In this document: positions 1 through 8,142 of the stretch, in pieces
How the letters are laid out: every line of letters starts with the position of its first letter
How positions within the stretch are numbered: the stretch's first letter is position 1
IMG/VR virus record: IMGVR_UViG_3300025141_000071
Location: 2,263 to 66,262 of that record
Length of the DNA: 64,000 nucleotides
Origin: a virus
Reading direction: 5' to 3' (one strand)
The notes under the pieces: model-generated
Told to the model about the DNA's origin: nothing
The model's input: only the letters and a program-made list of their open reading frames with translations
Database searches by the model: none
Made by a program: the position numbers and the translations under genes

Positions 1-80
1 TTGGCTTCAATAGCCTTGAAAGCGTTGGACTGAGCGAGAGCGGGAGAGGTGAGGCAGAGCAGTAGTGCGATTGTCTTCAT
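1..80 (-). CDS. Partial hypothetical protein with signal peptide (runs off window start)
   Basis: ATG at 80 reads MKTIALLLCLTSPALAQSNAFKAIEA..., open to the edge; upstream TTGATT-N17-GATAAT-N6-ATG. Confidence 0.65.
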   Translation of the reverse strand, partial: MKTIALLLCLTSPALAQSNAFKAIEA

Positions 81-208
81 ATATATATTATCGGCTATTC
101 TGACCCAAAAATCAACCCCTTTCCCTTAAATATTTTGGAAATGGGAAAGTTTTAAATGCAGGCGTCATAAGGAGTTAGGCGCTCGCGGGGCCGCGCCCCT
201 CAATTTTT

Positions 209-316
209 TCAACCCCAAATAGCCCAAAAGAAGAACGCGTATATGGGCACGCTCATAACGATAGCCCAGAATATTCCAATGAGGGCGTTGCCCTGTCTAA
301 TCTTGGGTCGGCTCAT
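209..316 (-). CDS. 35-aa single-TM membrane protein (not in ORF track)
   Basis: MSRPKIRQGNALIGIFWAIVMSVPIYAFFFWAIWG*; ATG overlaps the TGA of 313..540 (ATGA coupling). Confidence 0.6.
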   Translation of the reverse strand: MSRPKIRQGNALIGIFWAIVMSVPIYAFFFWAIWG

Positions 317-540
317 AGTGCCCCCAACATTGAGAGTGTATAACGCAAAACGTCCTCCGCCTCTGTGGCAGAGATGTTGTGTTCATCAGACACATCATAA
401 GAGATTTGCTGAATAGCCGAGTCTTGGTCATGCGACCCGTCCTCAAGCATGAGAGTGTAATCGTCTAACTTGTTAGGCAGGCATACGTTGATGCCCGCTT
501 TCACAGCGTCACGAACAGTCATTGTTGTGTTGGTTTTCAT
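313..540 (-). CDS. Hypothetical early protein, 75 aa
   Basis: ATG 6 nt downstream of the TATAAT of the repeated promoter. Confidence 0.75.
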   Translation of the reverse strand: MKTNTTMTVRDAVKAGINVCLPNKLDDYTLMLEDGSHDQDSAIQQISYDVSDEHNISATEAEDVLRYTLSMLGAL

Positions 541-575
541 GTGTGTATTATACCATAGAGTTGAGAGATTGCAAG
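541..575 (-). promoter_or_regulatory. Repeated early promoter copy 1 (TTGCAA-N16-TATAAT-N6-ATG, extended -10 TG)
   Basis: Minus strand CTTGCAATCTCTCAACTCTATGGTATAATACACAC-ATG. Confidence 0.85.
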
Positions 576-591
576 GACTTTCGTGGGGTTT

Positions 592-849
592 TTACACCCC
601 GATGAAAGCCTCCCGCGCACAATGGGCATCGTATGAGCCGTAGCGTGAGCCATCACCATTACGAGGGATAGCGCGTCGTGCGTCCTTGTAGAGGTCGAAC
701 AGCAGAGCCGTCTGCGTAGAGGTTGGACTATCAGCGTATGCAATGGCGTAAGCCCTCGCAAGGTTGAGTGAGAGTTCATGGGCGTTTTCGACCCAAATAG
801 GAGCGTTGGAAGAGTTGTAATTCAATGCATTGAAGGAGTTGTATTTCAT
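592..849 (-). CDS. Hypothetical early protein, 85 aa (start revised to 849)
   Basis: MKYNSFNALNY...; ATG 6 nt after the TATAAT of promoter copy 2. Confidence 0.75.
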   Translation of the reverse strand: MKYNSFNALNYNSSNAPIWVENAHELSLNLARAYAIAYADSPTSTQTALLFDLYKDARRAIPRNGDGSRYGSYDAHCAREAFIGV

Positions 850-884
850 GAGTATATTATACCATAGAGTTGAGAGATTGCAAG
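850..884 (-). promoter_or_regulatory. Repeated early promoter copy 2
   Basis: 855-884 is identical to 546-575 (30 nt). Confidence 0.85.
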
Positions 885-890
885 CACTTT

Positions 891-1022
891 CTAGAAAAAG
901 TTTTTGATTGTTGAGCCTAGCCCGATGATGATGTTCCCCACGATGAGGAAACACTGCCCGATAGGCTGAGAGAAGATGATGAGGGCGATGCCTAAGGCAC
1001 AGGATTTGAGGTGTTGTTTCAT
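891..1022 (-). CDS. 43-aa hydrophobic protein (not in ORF track)
   Basis: MKQHLKSCALGIALIIFSQPIGQCFLIVGNIIIGLGSTIKNFF*; ATG 6 nt after promoter copy 3. Confidence 0.7.
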   Translation of the reverse strand: MKQHLKSCALGIALIIFSQPIGQCFLIVGNIIIGLGSTIKNFF

Positions 1023-1057
1023 GCGTGTATTATACCATAGTCTGAGAGGATTGCAAG
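1023..1057 (-). promoter_or_regulatory. Repeated early promoter copy 3
   Basis: CTTGCAATCCTCTCAGACTATGGTATAATACACGC-ATG. Confidence 0.85.
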
Positions 1058-1258
1058 CTAAAACCAAGATTTATTTTTCTTGTCTGAGATGAGGTTGCGC
1101 CGAGCTTCTAGGCTGTCCCAATCTGCCTCGTCCATCCATTCGATGACCTCATAGGCTATTTCGCGCCTGTCCATGTCTGAGAGCTTGGCGTTAGGCGTAG
1201 GAGGGAATATGTAAGCGGTACAAAGCATACCGAGGAGGAAGGCGATTAGAGATTTCAT
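1058..1258 (-). CDS. Hypothetical early protein with hydrophobic N-terminus, 66 aa (start revised to 1258)
   Basis: MKSLIAFLLGMLCTAYIFPP...; ATG 6 nt after promoter copy 4. Confidence 0.75.
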   Translation of the reverse strand: MKSLIAFLLGMLCTAYIFPPTPNAKLSDMDRREIAYEVIEWMDEADWDSLEARRNLISDKKNKSWF

Positions 1259-1293
1259 GTGTGTATTATACCATAGCCTAGCGAGATTGCAAG
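1259..1293 (-). promoter_or_regulatory. Repeated early promoter copy 4
   Basis: CTTGCAATCTCGCTAGGCTATGGTATAATACACAC-ATG; contains the stop codon of the upstream gene. Confidence 0.85.
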
Positions 1294-1460
1294 ACATTTT
1301 CCCAAAAATCTTTGGAAACTATGCCAACTTTTCTGGAGTCGATACGGTCGAGAGCCATACCTGCCTCAAGATAGCCACGGCTACCCTCAGCGATGAGCTT
1401 GCGCGTGTCTTGGAGAACGCCTGCCTTGGCGTAGAGGACGAAGGTCTGTTTGTTTTTCAT
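1278..1460 (-). CDS. Hypothetical early protein, 60 aa
   Basis: MKNKQTFVLY...; ATG 6 nt after promoter copy 5. Confidence 0.7.
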   Translation of the reverse strand: MKNKQTFVLYAKAGVLQDTRKLIAEGSRGYLEAGMALDRIDSRKVGIVSKDFWENVLQSR

Positions 1461-1495
1461 GTCTACATTATACCATATCCCTCAGAGATTGCAAG
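1461..1495 (-). promoter_or_regulatory. Repeated early promoter copy 5
   Basis: CTTGCAATCTCTGAGGGATATGGTATAATGTAGAC-ATG. Confidence 0.85.
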
Positions 1496-1658
1496 CACTT
1501 TCTCGGTTTTATTTTTCTCACAGCGGAGAATTCCACGCTTTGGGTCCCATGCGGTGGAGCGGAATGGGCATTACATCCGTAGGACCCATGCTTTTCTATA
1601 AGGGACTCCTACAAAAATTTAAAACAAAAAAAGGGACTCCAGAACTACATATGTTGTT

Positions 1659-1943
1659 ATGAAAAAATTCAAAGAATATGCACCTATGGTGCTCGCCGTT
1701 GTCACCCTGCTCTTAGTGGGTTCCCTTAAAATGGATTCATGCCAAGCTAAGAAAGGACATGCTAAGTTTATGAAGATGCAGCAACGCTCATCCCACTCTA
1801 CCCAACGTCCCTCCCGTCTAGACCCTTCAACAGGTGGTGCTTACAGGAACGAAGACGCAAGGAAAGGACGCGGTGCAAAGCGCGGTTCCCGTGGAGACCG
1901 TGGCGAAGGTGCTTGGAAGAAGCGCGAAAAGAAAATAAACTAA
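1659..1943 (+). CDS. Membrane-anchored basic hypothetical protein
   Basis: Hydrophobic N-terminus, R/K/G-rich tail; CTACATA motif 7 nt upstream. Confidence 0.6.
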   Translation: MKKFKEYAPMVLAVVTLLLVGSLKMDSCQAKKGHAKFMKMQQRSSHSTQRPSRLDPSTGGAYRNEDARKGRGAKRGSRGDRGEGAWKKREKKIN

Positions 1944-1945
1944 GG

Positions 1946-2221
1946 TTAAAGAATCGCCAAAACGTCGGTATCGGCCATAATCAAAACCGTTTCACCTTCG
2001 TAGCTGATTTCAGAACCTGCGAAGGGCGGGAATAGCACCATATCCCCTGGAGATACTTCCATAGGAATAAGCTTCCCGTCCTGGTATAACCCTTTCCCTG
2101 TCGCTACCACTTCCCCTTCATTGGGTTTCTCCTGGGAATCTGTTGTGAGGATAATCCCTCCTGCGGATTCTTTTGCCATTTCGGCTCTTTTAACGATAAT
2201 GTTGTTTCTTAGGGGTTTCAT
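1946..2221 (-). CDS. groES: Co-chaperonin GroES (Cpn10)
   Basis: MKPLRNNIIVK, mobile loop SAGGIIL, GEVVATGKG, VSPGDMVLF, DVLAIL. Confidence 0.95.
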   Translation of the reverse strand: MKPLRNNIIVKRAEMAKESAGGIILTTDSQEKPNEGEVVATGKGLYQDGKLIPMEVSPGDMVLFPPFAGSEISYEGETVLIMADTDVLAIL

Positions 2222-2222
2222 T

Positions 2223-2576
2223 TTATCTTCCGTGGGTTGTCGCTTTCTTAATAGCGGCTTTTAAATCCTTGTATTCCTTGCGGATGAGAAGAGGTTTATC
2301 CTCTTCCTCGAACCACACAAGGCAGGCGTAATCATTTTTTTTCGAATCTTCGAAACGCACGATGCGTCGAATGGAGTCGATGTTCAGAAGAACCTCTGCC
2401 ATCTCTCCGTTTAACTTATATGTAAAGGACCCATCCTGGGTGATGAGATATGGTTGGTCCATCACTTCAATAAATCCAGGGAACACATCACCTCTGTGGT
2501 TAACCTTCTTGAGGATGATGTCCGAGTGCTGTGGCGTAAGTAGAACTGCCGCTGCTGTAAGTATAAAAGTCTTCAT
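2223..2576 (-). CDS. Hypothetical protein
   Basis: 117-aa ORF directly upstream of groES; TATAAT-N5-ATG. Confidence 0.65.
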   Translation of the reverse strand: MKTFILTAAAVLLTPQHSDIILKKVNHRGDVFPGFIEVMDQPYLITQDGSFTYKLNGEMAEVLLNIDSIRRIVRFEDSKKNDYACLVWFEEEDKPLLIRKEYKDLKAAIKKATTHGR

Positions 2577-2624
2577 AGGCTATTATAGTAATTGGAGTAC
2601 CTATATAACTCGGAGAATAAAAAT

Positions 2625-3182
2625 TTGTCGAAAAAACCCGAACCCCTAGAGCCTAAGGAGGCTGTAAAAATGATAGAAGACGAGCTAGAACGCAAGAACT
2701 CTCAGCAAGCTCAGCAAACCAGAGCACCACACAACGGTGATATGGCTGCGAAGGAAGCTGAACTTCTCGGAAGCACTAAAGAGGCTATTCAATTACGCAA
2801 AGCAGAGATTGATGGTGAGATTCGCCTAAGGAAAGCTAACCTGCGTGGTGAAATTGATACCATTAAAGCGACTGAAACTGCCAAAGAAAAAGCAGGTAAA
2901 CACCTTGCGGTGTTTGGTGCACTGTATTTGTGTACCTGCGTGATTGGGTTTCTCATCGCTATGAGTGTCTTACCTGAAGCGTCTGTTGCAATTGCGGCTA
3001 CACTCATCACATTAGTGGTGACTCAGCTTGCAGGGATTCTTAAAACGGTTGTGGATACTAAGGAGCCGAAAGACCCGACTCAGCTTATGTCCGAGATAGT
3101 GCATGCTCAAATGGGCAATATGGACTATGACTCGTTTAAGACTACCCAAAAGCCTGACGAAGTTAAAACCAAGCTTAAGTAA
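2625..3182 (+). CDS. Two-TM membrane protein with coiled-coil N-terminus
   Basis: Two hydrophobic helices; likely TTG start at 2625 after GGAG; stop overlaps the next ATG. Confidence 0.6.
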   Translation: MSKKPEPLEPKEAVKMIEDELERKNSQQAQQTRAPHNGDMAAKEAELLGSTKEAIQLRKAEIDGEIRLRKANLRGEIDTIKATETAKEKAGKHLAVFGALYLCTCVIGFLIAMSVLPEASVAIAATLITLVVTQLAGILKTVVDTKEPKDPTQLMSEIVHAQMGNMDYDSFKTTQKPDEVKTKLK

Positions 3183-3523
3183 TGTACAAGTATTACATAA
3201 CTGTCCTTCGTGTAATTGACGGGGACACCATAGATGCTATGGTTGACCTAGGATTCGATATTTGGATTAAAAAACGAATTCGTTTCCTAGGTATTGACGC
3301 TCCTGAAACTAGAACACGCAATGCAGAGGAAAAGAAACGTGGTCTCCTAGCTACAGAGCGCGTGCGCGAAGTTCTGCGTGAGAACGAGATGAAGGCAGAG
3401 CTTATCTCTCACGGAGTGGGTAAGTTTGGGCGTGTCCTAGGGGTTATTAAAGTGAAATCGAGTAAGGATTCACTGAACGACCTCCTGGTCGCGGAGGGTC
3501 TTGCGGAAATTTATCCCGAGTAA
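3182..3523 (+). CDS. Thermonuclease (SNase-like)
   Basis: VIDGDT, IRFLGIDAPE and KFGRVLG motifs. Confidence 0.9.
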   Translation: MYKYYITVLRVIDGDTIDAMVDLGFDIWIKKRIRFLGIDAPETRTRNAEEKKRGLLATERVREVLRENEMKAELISHGVGKFGRVLGVIKVKSSKDSLNDLLVAEGLAEIYPE

Positions 3524-3926
3524 ACTCTACGGTTATTCCGCATCGACGTAAAAACTCTACTCCACTTAAATCGGAGTACTCAGACCCACACACCACTCTT
3601 CGGATGCCCGACTGAATAATCAGCTTGGCGCATTGAAAGCAGGGGGAGAGAGTGACGTAAAGTGTGGCACCGTCACTACTCTGAGTCCCCCGTGCAAGTT
3701 TTGTTAACGCATTCGACTCTGCGTGGAGAACCTCAGGGAGTGTTTCTCCGTCTGGTCCCTCACAGCCGTTTGAGAAGCCGTGTGGCGTTCCGTTGAAGCC
3801 ATCGGAGATAATCTGCTCGTCCTTAACTACGAGCGCTCCTACCTGCTTACGTGTGGCTGGGGAGAGTAAGCTCCATCGCCACGCCATATCCATGTAGGCT
3901 AAATCTAATGCTTTTTGACTAGCCAT
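3447..3926 (-). CDS. dCMP deaminase
   Basis: QVGALVV, GFNGTP, HAESNA and SPCFQC zinc motifs. Confidence 0.92.
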   Translation of the reverse strand: MASQKALDLAYMDMAWRWSLLSPATRKQVGALVVKDEQIISDGFNGTPHGFSNGCEGPDGETLPEVLHAESNALTKLARGTQSSDGATLYVTLSPCFQCAKLIIQSGIRRVVCGSEYSDLSGVEFLRRCGITVEFTRDKFPQDPPRPGGRSVNPYSISL

Positions 3927-4128
3927 CTTCTTTAATAAATTCTAATAGGGTTGCAACCGCCTCGTAGACTTTGTCATCAGCTAGGAACCCATCTTTATTG
4001 GTTTCAGGGAGACGCTCATGGAGTTCGTCAAGCACAACAGCAATAGCTTCTTTGTACTGGGTTACTTTACAGGCTAAAATTTGGTGGGTAACCATATTAG
4101 TGTTCCCACAATATCCGCATTTACTCAC
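3919..4128 (-). CDS. Hypothetical protein (N-terminal CxxC)
   Basis: Overlaps both flanking genes in operon arrangement. Confidence 0.6.
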   Translation of the reverse strand: MSKCGYCGNTNMVTHQILACKVTQYKEAIAVVLDELHERLPETNKDGFLADDKVYEAVATLLEFIKEDG

Positions 4129-6029
4129 AGTTCACACATCCCATCTTTGCATGTATCGACCCCATCGGAACGCTCTTCGTACTTTCCTTCGTCGATAAGC
4201 TTATCTAAATCGAGGTTTCTAAAGTCCACAGCCGTGAGAGGCTCATTACCCCGCGAACCTGCGCGGTAAAAGGTGAACCCTTTCATCTCATTAGCGTAAT
4301 CAATTAAGTTTTGTTTTACAGCCTCGGTAGCTTTGTACTCAGTAGGCAAGTTACATGTCTTCGATACAGCTGAGTCAATGAAGCTTTGAACGACGGCTTG
4401 AACCTTAATGTGTTCTTCTGGTGTAACATCATAAGCGCCCACGCAGTGAGTAACGTCTCGTCCTTCTTTGTGGAGTTTGGAGAACAGTGCATCGACGACA
4501 TACGTTTCGTTCCATACTCCATCAGTGCCAGTACGCCACCTACGCTTGTATACAGGAGCAAAAATAGGCTCAAGACCAGTAGATGTCCCAAGAACCATAC
4601 TGATTGTACCAGTAGGAGCAACAGTAAGGAGCACTGCGTTACGAAGTCCCTTGCTGCGGATGTCGTTGCGGAGGCGAGAAGGTAAGGTTTGGAAGTACTT
4701 TTCATCTTTTAGTTGAGTCCAATCATAGGCAGGAAACGAGCCTTTTTCATCACCGAGCGAACAAGACGCCTTATACGCCTCATTTCTGATAGTCCCGAAC
4801 AAACGTTCGAGGAATTCTAAACAATTATCCGAACCATAGCGGTATCCCGCCTTGATTAGGAAATAATGGAGTCCCGTAATACCCAAACCGATGCGTCGGG
4901 ACTTCAAACCAGCGTCTTTACACTCCGTAATTGGAAAATGATTGACAGAAAGGATGTTATCAAGGAATCTTACACCCAAACGCACCGTGCGAGCCAATTT
5001 TTTCCAATCAATTTTTCCATCATCACTCACCATATTGGAAAGATTGACGTGTCCGAGGCAACAATTACCATAATTAGGCAAAACTTCCTCCCCGCAAGGG
5101 TTTGTGGAAGGCATGTGCTCGAAATAAGACACATTTGTGAACTCATTGGCGAAATCAATGTTAAAAATTCCAGGTTCGCCCGACTCAATCGCGTTTTCTA
5201 CGAGCCGACCCCATAATTCTTTGGCTGAAATGTAAATTTTAGATGCATTTTCGAATTTATCGGCGTAATGCTTCTTATGGAAGGTCGCAGCGCGACCAAG
5301 TGCGTCCTCTTCATCAAGAGCAACCACCTTAACAGTGTCATCTCCCTCTTCGGAGATGCGATGAACCTCGTATTGGAAGAATTTTTGGTGACGACCACCC
5401 CAAGTGAAGTACCATTCGGAGTCATTTTCCACTGCTTCAACGAAAGTTTTGGTGATTGCCACCGAAATGTTGAAGTTTGTAAGCTCCTTACGGTCCAACT
5501 TGACGTCAAGGAACTCCAAGAGGTCAGGATGGGTGATGTTTAGGATAGACATCAACGCCGTACGACGATTCTTACCTGCGCGTACGTGGTTTCCAATCTC
5601 GTTAATCATACGCATCACAGAAATTGCACCTGGGGCGCTATTCTTGATGTTTCCGATGTCGTTTCCTTTAGGTCTAATATTACTAAAATTGAACCCTATA
5701 CCCCCACCACCGCAGGAGATACGATACATATCGGATATGGTCTTACCAATACTATCCACAGAATCCTCTGGGTCCAGAACATAACAGTTAAGGAGATTCT
5801 GATGAGAGCGTCCCGACCCAAAAAGGATGCGACCGCCTGGGCAAAAGTCACCTGAACGGATAGAGTCGTAAAACTTCTTCTCTACGGAGACTCTTTTTTC
5901 ATCCCCCTCTGCGCCTGCCGCGTGGGAAGCAACTCGCTTAGCGCACTCCTTCCATGTTTTTTCACCTGGAAATGCATACTTTTCCATGAAGATTTGATGG
6001 CCTAAGCCTTTGGGTTCGAAATTATTCAT
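4125..6029 (-). CDS. nrdJ: Class II (B12-dependent) ribonucleotide reductase
   Basis: PGGRIL, NCYVL, TNPCGE, RRIGLG, APTGTIS, C-terminal CxxxxC; no ATP cone and no adjacent nrdB. Confidence 0.88.
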   Translation of the reverse strand: MNNFEPKGLGHQIFMEKYAFPGEKTWKECAKRVASHAAGAEGDEKRVSVEKKFYDSIRSGDFCPGGRILFGSGRSHQNLLNCYVLDPEDSVDSIGKTISDMYRISCGGGGIGFNFSNIRPKGNDIGNIKNSAPGAISVMRMINEIGNHVRAGKNRRTALMSILNITHPDLLEFLDVKLDRKELTNFNISVAITKTFVEAVENDSEWYFTWGGRHQKFFQYEVHRISEEGDDTVKVVALDEEDALGRAATFHKKHYADKFENASKIYISAKELWGRLVENAIESGEPGIFNIDFANEFTNVSYFEHMPSTNPCGEEVLPNYGNCCLGHVNLSNMVSDDGKIDWKKLARTVRLGVRFLDNILSVNHFPITECKDAGLKSRRIGLGITGLHYFLIKAGYRYGSDNCLEFLERLFGTIRNEAYKASCSLGDEKGSFPAYDWTQLKDEKYFQTLPSRLRNDIRSKGLRNAVLLTVAPTGTISMVLGTSTGLEPIFAPVYKRRWRTGTDGVWNETYVVDALFSKLHKEGRDVTHCVGAYDVTPEEHIKVQAVVQSFIDSAVSKTCNLPTEYKATEAVKQNLIDYANEMKGFTFYRAGSRGNEPLTAVDFRNLDLDKLIDEGKYEERSDGVDTCKDGMCEL

Positions 6030-6123
6030 ATTTTTTATTTTTGGGGACCTATTTGAGTTGCTCGTACTACATAATAGAACTTAGCGAGACATTTTTGCGC
6101 TCGATTGCCTATTATATATCACT

Positions 6124-6423
6124 ATGTGGAAACAAATTCTAACTAAAATTAATGCAAGCTTGCTTGCCAATTGGAGCCAACTTGTTTGGTTTGTTGTGGG
6201 TGCCCTTGTAGGCACTATTTTGCTCGGCGGACTTGTAAGCTGCTCTACTGTAGAGCGGGCTGAGGAAGCTGTAGGTTCCGTTGATGACACGATTCGTGAG
6301 GTGCCTGTTTTAGGTGCTGTTTATGCGATTCCGTCTGATGTGGTTGGGGGAGTTTATGGGCTTGGTGAAAGCGTCGTTGAAGGCGCTGTCGAGCTTGTTA
6401 CTCCTGACAAAGACGAAGAGTAA
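6124..6423 (+). CDS. Putative lipoprotein/membrane protein
   Basis: Hydrophobic stretch ending LVSC (lipobox-like); followed by a terminator. Confidence 0.6.
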   Translation: MWKQILTKINASLLANWSQLVWFVVGALVGTILLGGLVSCSTVERAEEAVGSVDDTIREVPVLGAVYAIPSDVVGGVYGLGESVVEGAVELVTPDKDEE

Positions 6424-6442
6424 TTTAAACTCTCTTACAAAG

Positions 6443-6479
6443 AGCCATGGTGGGTTAATTCTCATCATGGCTTTTTTTT
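6443..6479 (+). terminator. Rho-independent terminator
   Basis: AGCCATGGTGGG / CTCATCATGGCT stem (with G-U pairs) followed by a T-run. Confidence 0.8.
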
Positions 6480-6535
6480 GTACCTACCCTAGATAATAAG
6501 AGCGCGAGTGCAAGGCAGGAGCGCACGCAAACATA

Positions 6536-7519
6536 ATGGACTTCAACGAAAAGCTAAACGTCACAGGACACCTGGAGGTTATTAAGATTGATAACGAGAC
6601 GGGAAAAGAAACCGTCTTATTTGATGACCATAACGTAATTACAAGTGGGCTCGGTCAGAGTATCGCCCAGTTCATGAGTACATCTGGGTGTGTGACGGAA
6701 ACGTGCCTTACTGAATATGAGCGGTTTGGTGCAAAGCCCTCAGAGGTCGCAGGAGGAACGGAAAACTTTTTTAATGAAGTTAGGCATGGTACGACCGATA
6801 ATGTCGCGTACGCCTCTGAGTTAGCGTTACACGCAGCTTCTACGGCAGGTGGTAATGAGGCTATGACCTCGGGAGGAGATACCACGGGTTCTGATTTAAG
6901 TTCCGATACACCAGGCTCGCTTACTGACACGATTACCGATTGTTATTGCAATCAAGATATGTTCTTAACCGTGACAATCGAATGGCACACGGAGAAGAAC
7001 GTCAAGATGTATAGCGTTTTATTTAATATGGTGGCAGGTATTGGGTGTGCAGAAGAACCTCACGAGAATTTAGATTCAATGGAAATCAGTGACTATGTTG
7101 ATGATGAGGAAGGGACGATTCATATTGAGTGGAATCGTATGAAAAACTACGGTAAATGCCCGAAAAAGGGAGCGCTGCCTGAGGGAGATTTTGGGGATAC
7201 TGACCCCTGTACATTCGTTTGGGGTAGTTGGGTAAAATCTCTTACGATTATGGATAACTGTATGACAACGGGGGATGGTAAACCCGCACCTCTTTGCGTA
7301 CCGCCTACCTGGGTTAAAAGCATTGCAAGTGCGGTTAAATACGGTGATAGGTGTCCTAACGGAGCGGCCACCTCAGGAGATAGCTGGTGTCGGGCACACC
7401 CAAGAAACTGGAAGTGGGAGATACAAAATGCCATTTCGAACGTTCTTAGGAACAACGACGTGGATTGGGCTTCCGATGGTGAGGCGAGGCAAAAATGTAA
7501 GGAGTTGCAAGCAGGATGA
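6536..7519 (+). CDS. N-terminal part of a tail-collar-like domain fused to a Cys-rich region
   Basis: First ~50 aa (GHLEVIK...NVITSGLGQ) match the start of 41974..42555; the rest has about 12 Cys. Confidence 0.7.
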   Translation: MDFNEKLNVTGHLEVIKIDNETGKETVLFDDHNVITSGLGQSIAQFMSTSGCVTETCLTEYERFGAKPSEVAGGTENFFNEVRHGTTDNVAYASELALHAASTAGGNEAMTSGGDTTGSDLSSDTPGSLTDTITDCYCNQDMFLTVTIEWHTEKNVKMYSVLFNMVAGIGCAEEPHENLDSMEISDYVDDEEGTIHIEWNRMKNYGKCPKKGALPEGDFGDTDPCTFVWGSWVKSLTIMDNCMTTGDGKPAPLCVPPTWVKSIASAVKYGDRCPNGAATSGDSWCRAHPRNWKWEIQNAISNVLRNNDVDWASDGEARQKCKELQAG

Positions 7520-8142
7520 ATTGGGATAACTTAACTCCTATGGACGTGGGTGACCTTCCTATAAACGTTCAGGAAAACTACGAGAAACACGCGGTCAGAT
7601 TACCTTGTGATATATCTCCTTATCAGATAAATCGCTTTCAAGTGGGAACTGGTGCTTCTGGCGTAACTGAGACTTCTGCTGTTTATGCTTTAGGCGCTCC
7701 GCTTGAAGATGGTAAGTATGGAGGGAGCGCGAGAAGCGTAGATGTAGAGAATGCTCTTTTATATCTTCGGGAAGATACGCCTCTTGAGGAACAAGCTTTT
7801 GTGAAGTTAGAAAGGCAAGGACAGCTTGGGACTTCCTCCTTGGTATCTGTTGTTTTCCTAGACGAGCAGACTGCGAACGGGATTAAGATTGATGAGGTTG
7901 GTCTTTTTGTAGATAACCCCTTTCTATATTTTAAATATGGGTCTACACTTGGCGTAGCCCCCGCAAACTTTTCTCAGTTGGGTGGGGGAGCAACCGCATC
8001 TGGCGCGGTTGGAACTCCTGACCCCGAACGACCTGGGCATTTATTAGCCGCATACAGACAGATAACGCCCGTTCAAAAAGAAAGTTACTTCTCCCTAATG
8101 ATACGTTGGACAATTAACTTTAGCGTGGACAGAGACCTTTAA
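7516..8142 (+). CDS. C-terminal part of a tail-collar-like domain
   Basis: QINRFQVG, IDEVGLF and FSLMIRWTINF match the rest of 41974..42555; ATGA-coupled. Confidence 0.75.
   Translation: MNWDNLTPMDVGDLPINVQENYEKHAVRLPCDISPYQINRFQVGTGASGVTETSAVYALGAPLEDGKYGGSARSVDVENALLYLREDTPLEEQAFVKLERQGQLGTSSLVSVVFLDEQTANGIKIDEVGLFVDNPFLYFKYGSTLGVAPANFSQLGGGATASGAVGTPDPERPGHLLAAYRQITPVQKESYFSLMIRWTINFSVDRDL

Noticed and set aside
541-1495. CRISPR array (regular ~35-bp repeats)
   Set aside because: Intervals are ~140-275 bp, variable and protein-coding; the repeats are promoter consensus sequences; no cas operon
537-1662. Track ORFs 537..779, 1257..1601, 1450..1662 and the long starts at 954 and 1297
   Set aside because: They run through or against the promoter repeats; the promoter-adjacent MK starts explain the region consistently
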